From Octopus sinensis (taxonomy: Eukaryota): a DNA stretch of 64,000 nt. Within the stretch, counting starts at the first letter, position 1. Every line of letters starts with the position of its first letter. Location: assembly GCF_006345805.1 (NCBI RefSeq), contig NC_043002.1, forward strand, positions 6,448,001 to 6,512,000. The letters run 5' to 3'. Shown piece by piece: positions 26,218-40,762 of the stretch. A model generated the notes under the pieces. It searched no databases, was not told the DNA's origin, and was given only the letters and a program-made list of their open reading frames with translations. A program made the position numbers and the translations under genes.

Positions 26218-26414
26218 AAGTTGACTGACCGTATGCCAAAGTAAACCAATGAATATAACAAAACTATAAAATAAATTATGTGACAGAGTACTGAATAAAA
26301 AAATAATCCTCGTTTGTTATCTAAAACAGTATTCTGAAAAACGACATTCATAACATTAAAACCCTACACAAATCCCTGAAATTCTGAAGTATCTATCAAT
26401 AAGGCAAGACATAA

Positions 26415-26581
<167 letters not shown>

Positions 26582-27067
26582 TACATTGTTTTGTCTTGGT
26601 ATAAAAGATGGGCTACAGCAAATATTCTGCTCAATACCACAGATTTGCTTGTCAGTTGTTTGACCGTAACCAGTTGAGCATGTCCCTTAGTGGCTGACGA
26701 TATGTGCATCTCTGATCACGAGCAGAAGTAGTGGGGGAGCATGATAGCCATGTGTTGAGAGGGATTCTTTGGGGTTTGAATAGTTCACCTCTGGAAACAT
26801 GGGTGGTTCTTTCAACATCCTTAAACAACCCTTATTCAGGGACCGTTTGAACGGGATGCGTTACTCAACCTGAAGAAAATTCTAACTGGGCCCCACCTTC
26901 AAGGTCATGTGCTGTTTATCTTGATATGAGATCACCATGTCGCGCACATATGGTTGTGATGCATGTGCCTGGTGTACCTTTATCAGACGGGTAGTCATGA
27001 TGGGTATATTGGGCTTCGTATATTTTACCCCAGTGTCACTTTGATGGCATGAACTGCTCTCTCACTC

Positions 27068-27068
<1 letters not shown>
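26582..27068 (+). mobile_element. Non-coding retroposed element flanked by (AAT)n
   Basis: High identity to 57781-58210 and 57590-57637; shared 3' end ...CTCACTC(AAT)n. Confidence 0.85.
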
Positions 27069-27130
<62 letters not shown>

Positions 27131-27132
<2 letters not shown>

Positions 27133-27765
27133 AATTATTGTATACAGTGCTCAGGTGCACCACAACTTGTCAAAAGTGCGTATAAAGTATATGCAGTAAT
27201 GTACAAATGCCTGGAAAGTGAACGGTGTATGAGTCAGATACATGCTTGCGTGTGTATGGAGGGGAGAAAATCAGGTGTAGTGTTGGCGAATCTCAGGAAG
27301 CATGGAAGTTTTGAAGGATGCAGTGCTCCGACAACTAACAACTGATGCTGGCAGTTTGTTCCATGCTTCAGCAACTCTTAGCGTGAAAAAATGTTTCCGA
27401 AAGTCATGGGAGCTGTGCCGTTTTCTGACTTTGTAAACATGCCCACGTGTGTTAGACAGGTGGAGTTTGAAAAGGTGCTCAGAGTTATTGTTTGTAAGAT
27501 GGTTAATAATTTTATGGGTGTCTGCCAAGTCAGCTGCCAGACGTCGGAGTTTCAATGTATTCATGCCCAGGGAAGTGATGCGTTCAGAATATGGCAATTG
27601 CCTGATGGAGGGTATTCTCTTGGTTGCACGTCGCTGAACGGCTTCCAGATTATTAATATCCTGGAGGCATAAAGCTGTACATTCCGTAACTAGGTATCTG
27701 AAATAACTTTCGATTATTCATTGGGTTCTACAGTGCATTAGAAATTCAGTCATTTCAAGTAGATG
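27131..27765 (-). mobile_element. CR1-like LINE 3' fragment with (ATT)n tail
   Basis: LEAVQRRATKRIP...LRRLAADL...TRGHVYK...FFTLRVAEAWNKLP. Confidence 0.9.
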
Positions 27766-28489
27766 CCAACCGCATGAGATCACTAACATAATATATATGT
27801 ACTACGACCAATGTCTTCAAACGTTCCAACAGGGTTTACACATTAACAAAAGAGTTTCAACATTCCTGCGCGAAGTCGTTGGTGAATCACGCAACATATC
27901 CTGGCGGAAAATGAATCCAAGTAACACTAGAGGCGACCCAATAAAACTAACGCTAATCAACACCAACACGTCCATATACCTGACAATTCCAATACCAACA
28001 AATCTACTCCCAAACTACCCAGCTTTTATCTCAAGAATTGAACCACCACAACACTACAATAACATGGCAAGCAATCTCCTAATTTATCTACACACCTTCA
28101 TCAACTGCAGAAGCAGCAGTAGAAGCAGCAGAAGCAGTAGCAGCAGCAGTAGAAGCTGCATCTTCCTCATCGCAACACATTCGTACATAAACGAACAATG
28201 CAATAATATTTTTAGGAACTCACAAGAGTTTTAGCAAAGATAAAAACAAAAAAAATCCAGAATGAAATTTCTTATCATTCAGCATCGCCATCATCACCAA
28301 TATAGACACCACAATTATACATTCAACAAAATGTATAGGCATTCTGGAAAAGTATATTCTACGGGGAAACACAGAAAACTGAACAGAAATAGCCCAGATC
28401 ATTGGACAGGAACACAGTATACAAAATCATGCAACGAAACTCTGCAACTAGCCAAATAAATAACAAAGAATATATGTCATAGACGTACA

Positions 28490-29860
28490 GAATACTGGCA
28501 AATTTCCATCCAGCATAAACTACAGATAAATGTAGACCATGGTTTCAGTCTATTTCTTCAAGGAGACACCAGGAAATCAGTATTTGAAACTGCTTGTACT
28601 AACACTGTGCAACCCATATAAACTGGATCAAAATCATCGCATTTTTTTAAAGCTCAACTGTCGTCTATATGCAGAAACATCACACAGATTCATAATCCAT
28701 TTCTGTACACTGTGTGTCAAGACACTTTCCTGACAAAACTAATCCACACATACCCTTCACCGAAGTAAAATATTGTTTCATGTCAACCAGAAATGCATGT
28801 GTGCATGAAATATCATTAACAGGAGTGGAGAGAATAGAAAAGAATTCTTGGAAGATTCTATTAGAGTGGTTTGGATTCATGCCATTTTTGTTGGTTTGAA
28901 CTCACACCAAGTGTGTATGGTGATAGTGCAAATCTGCTGGTGCCTTTGACATCACTGGTGGATAAAAACAGTAGAAAACAGCTTCCGGCCGCGTTTCACC
29001 CGGCTCCCAAACGGCTCCCATCCGACAGTCTAGATTTCGGTAGATCTCGCTGTTCGTTCGACCCTGCCAGTATTGGTGAGTGGAAAGAAAGTGAACATGA
29101 GGAAAGTTGTTAAGGTAACAGTGACCAACCGGTAATGGAAAGAACTGATGCGGGTTGGACTGGAGAGGATACAGATCAAATAGATATCTCACCAGAATCA
29201 CAAAGGTATGCGAGATAGTATTAGAAAATAAATTTGTCGTATTAAAAAGGAAGGTCGTTTGGTTAAAGCCGGAGAATTAAGGATACATTGGAACCTCCGA
29301 GCAAAGAAAGCTATCGTAGAAAATGGTGGCTTTCTCCAAAGAGCTATGCACGATGCACATCCATTTTCGATCAATGCTATGTGGTGGTACTGGCAGGGCG
29401 TTGCTGCATGTAATAGGTAAAAAGACTGAGCAACTTTGGAGCATGTCCTGGCATCGTGTAAGCAATCTTGCCCAGGATATGACACGCAGCTAATTCAAGA
29501 CTACAATATCATTAAGGGTACACTAAATGCACATTGCAGGAGTGTCATTTAATGAGAAGAATAGTTGAACGAAAGGATCGTGTTTCTAAATTATATTGCA
29601 ATAACGATACAACAGCTTGGGCTTGTTTCATGTGAGACTGTAAAAAACACAAGTCATAGTTGTTGCCTTGGAAAGGTTATATAGAATGGACTCGTGGAAG
29701 AAGGGCCAAATATACAAAGTAAATAAAGTGTGGTGGGATAAGGCAAGTGTGATGTGCGAGCACGGTGCAGGGGTCGGATTTTGAAATATCAGAGATGGAA
29801 ACAAAGATGGCTTCATCATGAAAATAGCAGTGACACAAGAAAGGCCAAAGCTATACACAA
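28490..29860 (+). pseudogene. Heavily decayed HERO/NeSL-like RLE non-LTR retrotransposon
   Basis: Peptide islands WFGFMP, VYGDSANLLVPLTSLVDK, FLQRAMHDAHPFSINAMWW, ATLEHVLASCKQ, frameshifted GCRG, in the expected order. Confidence 0.6.
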
Positions 29861-30229
29861 CGAAGAAATCCTCAGCAGATAGAAAAATGAAATAATTGCT
29901 GGATGATTAGAATAGTTTCCATGTGATTAGACTGGACTTGTTGCATTTGTACGGAGAACAGGACAGGTGCGCTTTGTTCCCCTGCTCAATATATAGAGAT
30001 GCCACAAGAGACGCTTTCGGCCACAAGAAACTGAGAAGCTCTTGTAACATCAATGCAAGTCGGGATTTCTGGAAGGATCGATACTGATTGATGATATGGA
30101 AGTTATTATGGTCTCCTTACGGCAACTGACGAATTGTGGAGAGGTAATCGCAAAACTATATATACGTATATAAGGTAGCTTTATAATATAGGTATATAAA
30201 CAAGCGCGCACACACACACACATATATAT

Positions 30230-30301
<72 letters not shown>

Positions 30302-30381
30302 CATATGTATATATACATATATATACGCACGCATATAATCACACAATCACACACTCACGCGCGTGCACACACAAATATATA

Positions 30382-31612
30382 CCGGGTGGTATAAAAAAGT
30401 TCCCGGACTAGTTACGTTTGATTAATTAATAAAAAAAAATACTTATTCACCTAAGTTTTAACATCATCTCCTTGAAAATAGTCAGCTTGCGCAGTAATAC
30501 ACTAAACTCGACGTTGCTGCCACTTTTGGAAGTCTGGAAGTCGTTTTCCCTAAACGTGCAATGTGATCTGGATTTCGACAACGACAACCTTAGAGCATCA
30601 TTTTCATCTTGCGGAAGAGATGGAAGTCCGCAGGTACTAAATCTGGTGAATAGTGGTAGATGCGAAAGCGATACCATGTTGCTTTTGGCGAGAAAATCCC
30701 GAGTGGGGAGAGCTTGGTGACAGGGTACAGTGTCATCGTGAAGAATTCAATTCTTCACGCTCCACAAATCTGGCCGTTTTCACCGAAAATCTTCTCTCAA
30801 ACGCTTCAAAATGTCGCAGTAGAACCCTCGACTGGTGGTCTAGTCCTGAGGGACGAATACTCGATGCACAATACCGCAGATGTCAAAAACAAAACGATGA
30901 GCATTCTCTTGATTAAACTGCAGGTCTGTCGTGCTTTCTTCAGTTGTGGAGATGAAGGCCTCTTCCATTTTGATGACTGATGCTTCGTCTCAGGGTCGTA
31001 CCCGTAGACACAACTCTTATCACCATTGATGATCCTCGACATATGAAGGATGGGTCATCAGCGGCACGCTGACGGATATTTTGACAGACTTCGACGCAAT
31101 GTTCTTTCTGCTCAGTGGTCAGCAGGCAGGGAACAAACTTGTTAAAGACCCGCCACGTATTCAATTCAGACGTTAGGATTGCTTGCACGGACACATACAC
31201 AACAGACCAACAACATAAGCAATGTCGTGACAGGTCTTCCAGGTCGCTCACCGTCTTCCGGGGATGTTCTTCCGCTTTTGAAGCGCTCGTACCACTTGAA
31301 ACACTGCATACAACCCAATGTCTCGTTGCTGTAAGCTTGCTCAAACATGCTCAAAATCTCTGTGGTAGACTTCCGAAATTTTACGCAAAATTTCACGTTA
31401 ATTCTTTATTCCTCTTCATTAAAAAATTGCAGACTACAGCATACACGTAATCACGAAAACACGAATTTCACATCTTGTGAAGTAGACACAGCGATGTCAC
31501 TCGCCACATGGGCTCATGATGATCCCTACTAGCTCTCACTGCGCACGCAACTGTGAGCTGCCATCTGTTGGCGTGCTGCAGAACCAGTCCGGGAACGTTT
31601 TGTTACCCCTCA
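30382..31612 (-). mobile_element. Mariner DNA transposon, decayed transposase
   Basis: ~28-bp TIRs sharing AAAA.GTTCCCGGACT, TA flanks; peptides FKWYERFKSGRTSPEDGERPGRP, KFVPCLLTTEQK, GDKSCVYGYDPETKHQSSKWK. Confidence 0.92.
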
Positions 31613-31974
31613 TATGTGTGTGTATACGCGCGCGTACAATATAAATGTATGTGTGTGTGTGTGTATGTGTGTGTGTGTGTGGTGTGTGTGTGTGTACCTT
31701 GTGTGAAACTAGGTAATTTTATAGAAAATGTCTTAAGAAAAATTAGAGCTCCGGGCGAAAATTGAAAGGCCCATGTCTATTTTTCCCCCTTTTTTTTTTT
31801 CCCCCTTACTCAATGGAGCATTATATTTTTCTTTAAAATAACTAAATAAACATCTATTTGAAGTCGTCTGGATAAAGCGCAAATACGCGGATGTATTACG
31901 ACGAAGCAACAGCGAATGCTTGAATGAACATTCAAAATCAAATGTGTGCAATAATTATTTATACATATACATAC

Positions 31975-32017
31975 AATAATAATAATAATAATAATAGTAA
32001 TAATAATAATAATAATA

Positions 32018-32052
<35 letters not shown>
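31975..32052. repeat. (AAT)n microsatellite
   Basis: Direct inspection. Confidence 0.95.
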
Positions 32053-32145
32053 GTAACAATTTATATTTCTACATATACATAATAATTTTATATATTATAT
32101 ATTATATATTGTATATATATATGTGTGTGTGTATATATATATGTG

Positions 32146-32186
<41 letters not shown>

Positions 32187-33539
32187 ATATATATTTATAT
32201 ATATATATATGTGTGTGGGTGTGTGTATATATATATATATGTGTGTGTGTATATATATATATGTGTGTATATATATATATATATAAAAAATGATTTTATA
32301 TATCATATATATGTACCTGCATGCGTTTATGTATACATGTATATACATACTCACGTATACACACAGACATAGACGCACACGCATACATACATATATACAT
32401 ACATGCATGCATACATACATACATATAGTGCTATCAATGTTTGCAGCATTATGAAAATTACTAGAGTCCAGCACACCTCTGTAGTCGTTAATGTAGAATT
32501 AATGCAACTAAATATAAGATGCTATTCTACCTGTGGATAGATAAACGAGCAAAAAATCTTTGATGAAATGATATGGTACCCTGCCACTAACTGGTCGCAG
32601 TGAGAAAAACCACGTGGTTTATCTGTATGAAACAAAACCAAAATTGCAAATCTACAAAAACACGTGCCCATAAGTTTACCTTTCATTTTTTTTTTCTTTT
32701 TCCCCTTAATGTCATGTCACTTTTGGAGAATTCTTGATTTTTGATATTTTCTCTCCTTCTCCAGTGTAGCTGGTCTTAATTGCCATTCGGTGATTATGAT
32801 ATATCCTGTAGAACCCTCCACCCACCGATATACACCGATATACAGTAATATCTCACTTTCGCTTTACGAGCGGTGTCCGGGTAAAAATTAACTCGTATAT
32901 CGAGGCGTTACTGAATATATATTTTAGAACGTTTAGTTATGGCCAGTCATAGAATGATCATTGCTTTCGCACCTACAAACTCTTAGCGGTACAGGCGATT
33001 GAGTCTAATGAGTTGCTTATACTGCTTATGGTTGCCTATAGGTGCAGAGCCAGTCATCACCCTGTGGCTGGTTATAACTTTTAACTTTCTAAAAAACAGA
33101 TGTTACTACTGTAATGCTTTAGAGTGTTCTTTTCTGGCACATATGAACTTCTGACAAATACACACACACACACACACACACACAACACATACACACACAC
33201 ACACACACACATACACAGACAGACAGACAGACAGACAAATAATAGAAAATGGAATGAAGGCCATTTTTTAATTTAAGATCACTACAATTGTTTCGAGACA
33301 TTTTTACACCTTTAGCACTTTATCGAGGTGTTGTGCAATCATTGTCATACTTCCAAGGAATAAAACATGCTTCTTCATGTGATTATTTAAGGAAGTCCTT
33401 CTTGGGTCCTCTCGTCATATTGGTTTCTCTATATATGTGTATGTATGTATGTGTGCATGTATGCATGTACGTATGTATGTAAGTATGTATGTGTATTGTG
33501 CGTACATTTGAGTATAATATTTCTGTTTATTTGTATGAG

Positions 33540-33740
33540 CACCACCAGCTCAAATATTTTCTCCTCTGTCTTCCCTCTTTGGGATCTTTCCTTCTTGTTT
33601 CCGACGAAGAGCTCCGCTCGATACGTTAAACCCTCCTTCCCTTCTTTCCTGAGCGTCAATAATACTTTAATTGTTCCACGTCCTGCGTTGTTGTGTTTTT
33701 TTTCTCTTTTTTTCTGTGTTTTCTTGTTTGGATTAACTTT
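33540..33740 (+). mobile_element. Short TA-anchored pLTR-like element (same family as 16530)
   Basis: GTTT-CCGACGA-AGAGC-TCC-GCTC-GATACGTT-AAAC (GAAA mutated); ends TTGGATTAAC then (TA)n. Confidence 0.75.
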
Positions 33741-33774
33741 ATATATATATATATATATATAATATATATATATA

Positions 33775-34594
33775 TACGAAAGAAGGTTTGAAAATGCAAT
33801 TTTAAAAGATATTTATTTACTTTACCGGTTTCACTCTCTAAAAAATGATTGTCAAAAGTAACATGTAAAAGTTTGGTTGTGTTAATTATTGGTTGTCACA
33901 AGATACTACAATATATATATACATTCTTTGGTAACAAGAACATGTTTAATATGGTGGACCAGTTTAAGCTACCCTACTACTGTAATGTAAACTTTTTTGA
34001 ACTTATAATATTCTGTGTGTGTATGTATATACAGATACAATACCAATATTCCACTGAACTTTTTAATAATTCCTTCTGGAAACTATCTTTAACATTTTCT
34101 TGAGAATGTATATCTATGTTGTAATCTTTTGTGTCCAATATTTTAATGAATTTATATTTTCCCAAGATTTTCCCTTGTACGCTGTTCTTAACATGTTCTT
34201 ATCAAGGAATGTATATGTATATTGTAATATTTTGTGACGACTAGTACCTGGCACAACCAAGCTTTTGTGCCCAATATTTTGATGAACTTGTTAAACTTTT
34301 TTATATTTTCCCAAGATTTTCCCTTGTACGCTGTTCTTAACATGTTCTTATCAAGGAATGTATATGTATATTGTAATATTTTGTGACAACTAGTACCTGG
34401 CACAACCAAGCTTTTGTGCCCAATATTTTGATGAACTTGTTAAACTTTTTTATATTTTCCCAAGATTTTCCCTTATAAAGTGTCCTTAACATGTTCTTGT
34501 TACCAAAGACTGTATATATGTATTGTAGCATTTTGTGACAAATTAACACAACCAAACATCTTTTAAAATTGCATTTTCAGACCTTCTTTCGTAT
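33775..34594. mobile_element. Fold-back element with internal 149-bp tandem repeat
   Basis: Terminal IR TACGAAAGAAGGTYTGAAAATGCAATTTTAAAAGAT plus subterminal IR; units start at 34154, 34303 and 34452. Confidence 0.8.
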
Positions 34595-34654
34595 ATAATT
34601 CCACTCGTGCGGTACATTACAACTCCACTTTATTATATATGTATGTATGTATAT

Positions 34655-34727
<73 letters not shown>

Positions 34728-35142
34728 TAATATATATATATATATTATATATATATATAAATACAAATAAGAAAATAGAGAAGCAAATTCGGTTGTTCAT
34801 CAACTTACGGATATTATAATGTTGGATTATTTATTTATTTTACAAATGAGAACATCAAAGGCATACAAAAATATTATATAAATCAACAGATAAGATAATA
34901 ATACAAATAAATATTTCAAAAGTCACAGTATAAACTAATTAAATCCTAAAAATTACATATTACTGTTGTTTCAGCCTATGGTCAAAAGTAAATCTTATTT
35001 TCATTGCCTATAGATGTCAACTCAAGAAGGTTGTAGGCAATTAAAAAATATAATACTTCCATATTAAGAAGCCATAAACCTCGTCAGAGGTTATAATGAA
35101 CTTTAAAAATATAATAATATTAATATACTAAACATGATAGTA

Positions 35143-35520
35143 TCTATATATATAAAACTGAGAATGTGTGTCAGTCTGTCTGTGTGAATCATTAAAACTT
35201 GAGAACTACTCAACCAATTTCATTCAAATTTTACACATGCCTTAGGTAGGGTCCAAGGAGTGTCAAAAGCAAGACAATTTTTAACTTCTTGCCTAGGGCG
35301 AGCCCATAGCAATATCATATCTTCTCCACTATGAATTCCTAAAACTTGAGAACAACACAATCAATTTCATTCAAATTTTACACATGCCTTACTTAGGGTC
35401 CATGTAGTGTCATGGGGAAAAATATTTAACTTCTTGCCTAGGGCGAGCCCAAGGCAGTATTACATCTTCTCCACTATTTCAGTATTACGTGTTAAAAGTG
35501 AAACAAAAGCATCTCTCTAT
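35143..35520 (+). mobile_element. Helitron-like 5' end with internal ~150-bp duplication
   Basis: A|TCTATATATATAAAAC start with GTCTGTCTG; ...TTTCATTCAAATTTTACACATGCC...GCCTAGGGCGAGCCC occurs twice; no CTAG end seen. Confidence 0.55.
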
Positions 35521-35538
35521 TGTATGTATATGGATGTG

Positions 35539-35578
<40 letters not shown>

Positions 35579-35720
35579 TCGTTCAATGAATTATCCTAGT
35601 ATGGATAATTCGGTTAACCGATACCCGGGTAGCAAATTCACGTCAGAAAAACACGGTTGTAGCTACATACCAAAGGCAGAGATCACGTGCTTTCGTGTGG
35701 AAATTTGTGTGTTTTTTTTA

Positions 35721-36029
<309 letters not shown>

Positions 36030-36032
36030 TAT

Positions 36033-36085
<53 letters not shown>

Positions 36086-36264
36086 ATATATACATGTATA
36101 AATATACATGTATATGTATACATGCATTTCTATAGATATACATGTATGCCTAGATGTATATATAGATGTACATGTAATATGTACACATATATACATGCAT
36201 ACGTATATACACCCATATACACATACACACATACCGATCAAAGACACACACACACACATACATA

Positions 36265-36575
36265 GGTGCAGGTGTGGCTGTGTGGTAATAAACTTGGTTC
36301 CAAAACACATGGTCCTCAGTTCAGTCCCACTGTGTGGTAACTTGGCATGTGTCTTCTGCTATAGCCTCAGACCAACCAAAGCCTTGTCAGTGGATTTTGT
36401 AGACAGAAACTGAAAGAAATCAATTGTATATATATGTATGTATATATGTAAGTCTATGTGTGTGTTTCTCCCTCATCACTGCTTCACAACTGGTGTTCGT
36501 TTATTTACATCCCCATAACTTACTGGTTTCACAAGAAGAAACTAATAGAATAAGCACCAGGCTTATCAAAATATA
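36265..36575 (+). mobile_element. SINE family A, degraded
   Basis: GGTGCAGGTGTGGCTGTGTGG head to TAGAATAAGCACCAGGCTT. Confidence 0.85.
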
Positions 36576-36751
36576 AAAAAGTACTACGCAGTGTCTCATA
36601 TTTTTCTTTTCCCACTCAGTTGTATCTCTCAATTTATCATTGTGTGTGTGTGTGTATACATATATATATATATATATATATATTGATTTCGTAGACAGGA
36701 ACTGAAACAAATCAATCGTATATATATATGTATGTATATATGTAAATGTAT

Positions 36752-37705
36752 GGGTTTTGGTATTGGCAACATGAATGACAATGGTCAGAGACTACTTGAA
36801 TTTTGCACATACCATAACCTGTGCATCACATTCTTTGCCAACAAGACATCCCACAAGGCATCTTGGAGACATCCAAGATCTCACCACTGGCATCAGCTGG
36901 ATCTCATCCTTACACGAAGATCCTTTCTGAATTCTGTTCAACTGATCCACGGCGCAGATTGTGACACAGATCATTCACTAATAAGAAGCAGGGTGAGGAT
37001 TCTGCCTTAAAAAATCCATCACACCAAGAAAATGGGCCGACCACGCATTAACACTGCCAGAACCTCGGACCCTACACTGCGACAATGTTTTGCTGTTTCT
37101 ATCAAGGTTGCCCTCAGAAGCTGCCCAACCTCCTCTGCTGAAAGTAGGTGGAATTATATCAGGGAAGCTTTGTATACCACATCAATAGATACTTTCTGCA
37201 TGAGAGAAAGGCAAAACCCAGATTTTGTTCAGTGCTGGGCTCTCAGAGCTGGAAACAGTTATCGAAGCAAAGCGTGCAGCTCTGATGAAATACAAGAGTG
37301 ATTCTTCTACAAAGTCACTCGAAGAACTCAGAAAGGCAAGAAATAAAACCCAACTGACTGCCAGATGCTGTGCAAATAGGCATTGGCAAGAAATCTATCA
37401 GAGTATCCAGTCAGCTGCTGACAGTGGCGACACCCGTGGGATGTATGCCGGTTTGAAGAAGGCCCTCGGTCCATCCGCAACCAAGTCAGCACCTCTGAAA
37501 TCAACTACTGGGGATCTCATCAAGGACCAAAGCAAGCAAATGGATAGATGGGTGGAGTACTACCAGGATCTCTACTCATGGGAGACCACGGTAGCTGAGG
37601 CTGAAATCGAGAGTGTCAAGATCTTGCCAGTCATGTGTGAACATGACAGTCTGCCATCTATAGCAGAGCTCACCAAGGCTATTGACTCCCTAGCAAGTAA
37701 CAAGT
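36752..37705 (+). pseudogene. RTE-clade LINE fragment (APE endonuclease C-terminus plus linker)
   Basis: GNMNDNGQRLLEFC...SWRHPRSHHWHQLDLILTRR...ADCDTDHSLI...RWVEYYQDL; stops and frameshifts. Confidence 0.9.
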
Positions 37706-37879
37706 CTTAACTGTAAGTTCAACAGTTGACACATTTCAGCACAAAGGCTACAGCCATGCTGGAGCAACGCCAGCATTATCTCCTTTTCAATGGTTTTTGG
37801 TGAAGGAGTAGGTTCGATATTGCTGCTCTCTTTTGTGTTTCTTTCCGTGTCTTAGGTTCATGTGGGAAGTTGAGCAACA

Positions 37880-38350
37880 TGAGATCAAGTTATTTCTTGA
37901 AAATATCTGTACCAACTACATGTAGATCTCTCAGATGTTTTGATGAGGTATTAAATAACTGTGAGTCCTTGAATCCCGAGCTATAACAGTACTTACTTGT
38001 ACTTGTGGCGACATTCACCCTGGGCGGGTTGAGTCGGCTTCTTCTACCGGAAGAAGTTTCGTGGGAATATGTGGATTTCACAAGCGGTCCCCAACAATCC
38101 CGCATGTAGAGACATCCTGTTTGCCGCAGATTGTCTGCAAACGCAGGGACAGAACGACCGAGGAGCCGCCGGATGTTGAAACAGACACTCCGAGGACTTT
38201 CACCAGAGCCCCGTCTGCCGAGATGTGGCCCTAATACCACTCGGTGTCAGACCAATCCGCCTTGGGTGGCCCTACCAGGAACCGAAGTTCCCGACGGCAT
38301 AGCTCTGACACTACCCGTTGCCAGCGTTCCCACCACGGTGAGGAGGGGAT
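37880..38350 (+). mobile_element. Probable 5' UTR of an RTE-type LINE
   Basis: GC-rich; GGCCCTACCAGGAAC...GTTCCCGACGGCATAGCTCT...CCCACCACG resembles RTE 5' leaders (from recall, not searched). Confidence 0.35.
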
Positions 38351-39034
38351 GGACTTTGGGGACGCAATAACAGTACACGGTTTTCACACTGGATGAGAAA
38401 GCTCGGACCATTGGGAAAGTGTAGTTCCGAACTATATATATTTGCGTTGTCTAATATGCTGGATATCGACAATCTCCTTTCATTTTAATCATATAGATAT
38501 GGTCATTAAGCTTCTAATAAATTTTATTTTCCATTTCATATTGAGTGTCCTTTGTTGAATTGTAATATTTATTGTGAAGTACAGATTTAACTATTAATGT
38601 ATATACATGCACATATATATATATATATGTATATGGGTGTGTGTATAAAATTAGTGTACATTTCTATACAGAAAAGAGATGAACTTAACAGGAAACCTTG
38701 CATGCTAAAAAGAGCAATCAAAGCCCAAACCACGAATAAGAGTAATTTCGAAGGGGATGAAAAAAAAAAGCATTTCCGATAGTTAGCTGTGTACCTAGGT
38801 TTCAACATCAATGAACAAATGGAATAATTTGATCTATATATATATATATGTGTGTGTGGTGTGTGTGTGTGTGTTGTGTGTGTGTGTGTGGTGTGTGTGT
38901 GTGTGTGTGCGTGTGTGAGGTTATGGGCTAGACGGGAAACCTAAGATATGTATATGTATATGTGTGTATATATATGTATATATATGTATATATATATATA
39001 CGCACGCACACAATTACACACACACACACACACA

Positions 39035-39073
<39 letters not shown>

Positions 39074-39254
39074 AATATATATGCATATATAGTTATTGAT
39101 ATACAAATAGTATATAAGTATTCATAGATATAGACAAATATGCACACATCAATACACACGCATATACATATATATTCAGACAAACATTGCACACATATGT
39201 ATTTGTGTATGTACACATATATTCATACGTGCTTTTGTGCATACATGTGTAGAT

Positions 39255-39477
39255 ATACACATACATACTTACATACATATATACATAAATACATACATAC
39301 ATACATACATAAATACATAAATACATACATACATACATACATAAATACATAAATACATACATACATACATTCATACATACATATATATATATATACATAC
39401 ATACATAAATACATACATACATAAATACATAAATACATACATATGTAAATACATACATACATACATACATACATACA

Positions 39478-39506
<29 letters not shown>
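39255..39506. repeat. (TACA)n-rich microsatellite
   Basis: Direct inspection. Confidence 0.95.
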
Positions 39507-39508
<2 letters not shown>

Positions 39509-40344
39509 GTGTTGTTCACTAATTAAGTGATATTTAATAATACTTAGATATAGGCAATTTAAATCGAAATCACTGTTGTGGAACTCGAGGTATTTGAAAC
39601 AAATATTAAGAAAAAATATCAATATATAATATTCTTTATTTTTTTCTTTCAGCATATTTGCATGCTCATATTATTAAGATGTTTAATTGAGTGTAATCAC
39701 TATATTGGTTTAGTTGTGTTTAATTTAACTCAAAACCACGCACGAAACGTTGAGACTTTCTACAAGGGACCAACCGCCTGATGTACAACAAAGACGTAGA
39801 CAGCTATCACCAACATATGTATGTATTGCACGTATAAATTTGTGCTATTTGCATTTCAGCATGCAGGAGGAGGCTTTATTTATTTATGAAAGTTCAACGA
39901 AACCACATGAGGTTATGTTTTCAACAGGAACAGCAAAGAAACCACACACTGAATTGAAGTCAGACACGTTTCATCCTCCACCGCTTTTCATTGAACCTCT
40001 TCATGATTGCAGTTTACAACAGTTGTGAAAATGTTGTGAAAACATTAGTCAATGATTCCGAGATAACTCATAAATATGACGTCGACCTTTAACGTATTAG
40101 CACACTATGAGTTGCTGTAGAGAGAGAGAGAGAGACTCGCACAGCAAGACAAGCAATTCCTAACGGCGGGTTTTCTTCGTAGGGGATTCTGAAAAAAAAA
40201 AAAAATGACATCAGATAACAAAAAGAGGTGAAATAGTCGAGTGGATCCTGTTTTCCACTACATGCCAGTAGGTCTTGGGCTCAAATCCTCAGTAGAAGTA
40301 TAGCTGTGTATTTGGCAAAACGCTTAATATATATATATATATAT

Positions 40345-40762
40345 ATATTCTTTACTACCCACAAGGGGCTAAACACAGAGGGAACAAATAAGGACAAACA
40401 CACGGATTAAGTCGATTACATCGACCCCAGTGCGTAACTGGTACTTATTTAATCGACCCCGAAAGGATGAAAGGCAAAGTCGACCTCGGTGGAATTTGAA
40501 CTCAGAACGTAGCGGCAGACGAAATACCTATTTCTTTACTACCCACAAGGGGCTACACACAGAGGGGACAAACAAGGACGGACAAACAGATTAAGTCGAC
40601 TATATCGACCACAGTGCGTAACTGGTACTTATTTAATCGACCCCGAAAGGATGAAAGGCAAAGCCGACCTCGGCGGAATTTGAACTCAGAACGTAGCGGC
40701 AGACGAAACTACCGCTAAGCATTTCGCCCGGCGCGCAAACGTTTCTGCCAGCTCGACGCCTT
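40345..40762 (-). mobile_element. SINE family B dimer
   Basis: Full copy plus a second unit joined at 40528; outer TSD ACGCTTAATAT at 40320 and 40763. Confidence 0.9.
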
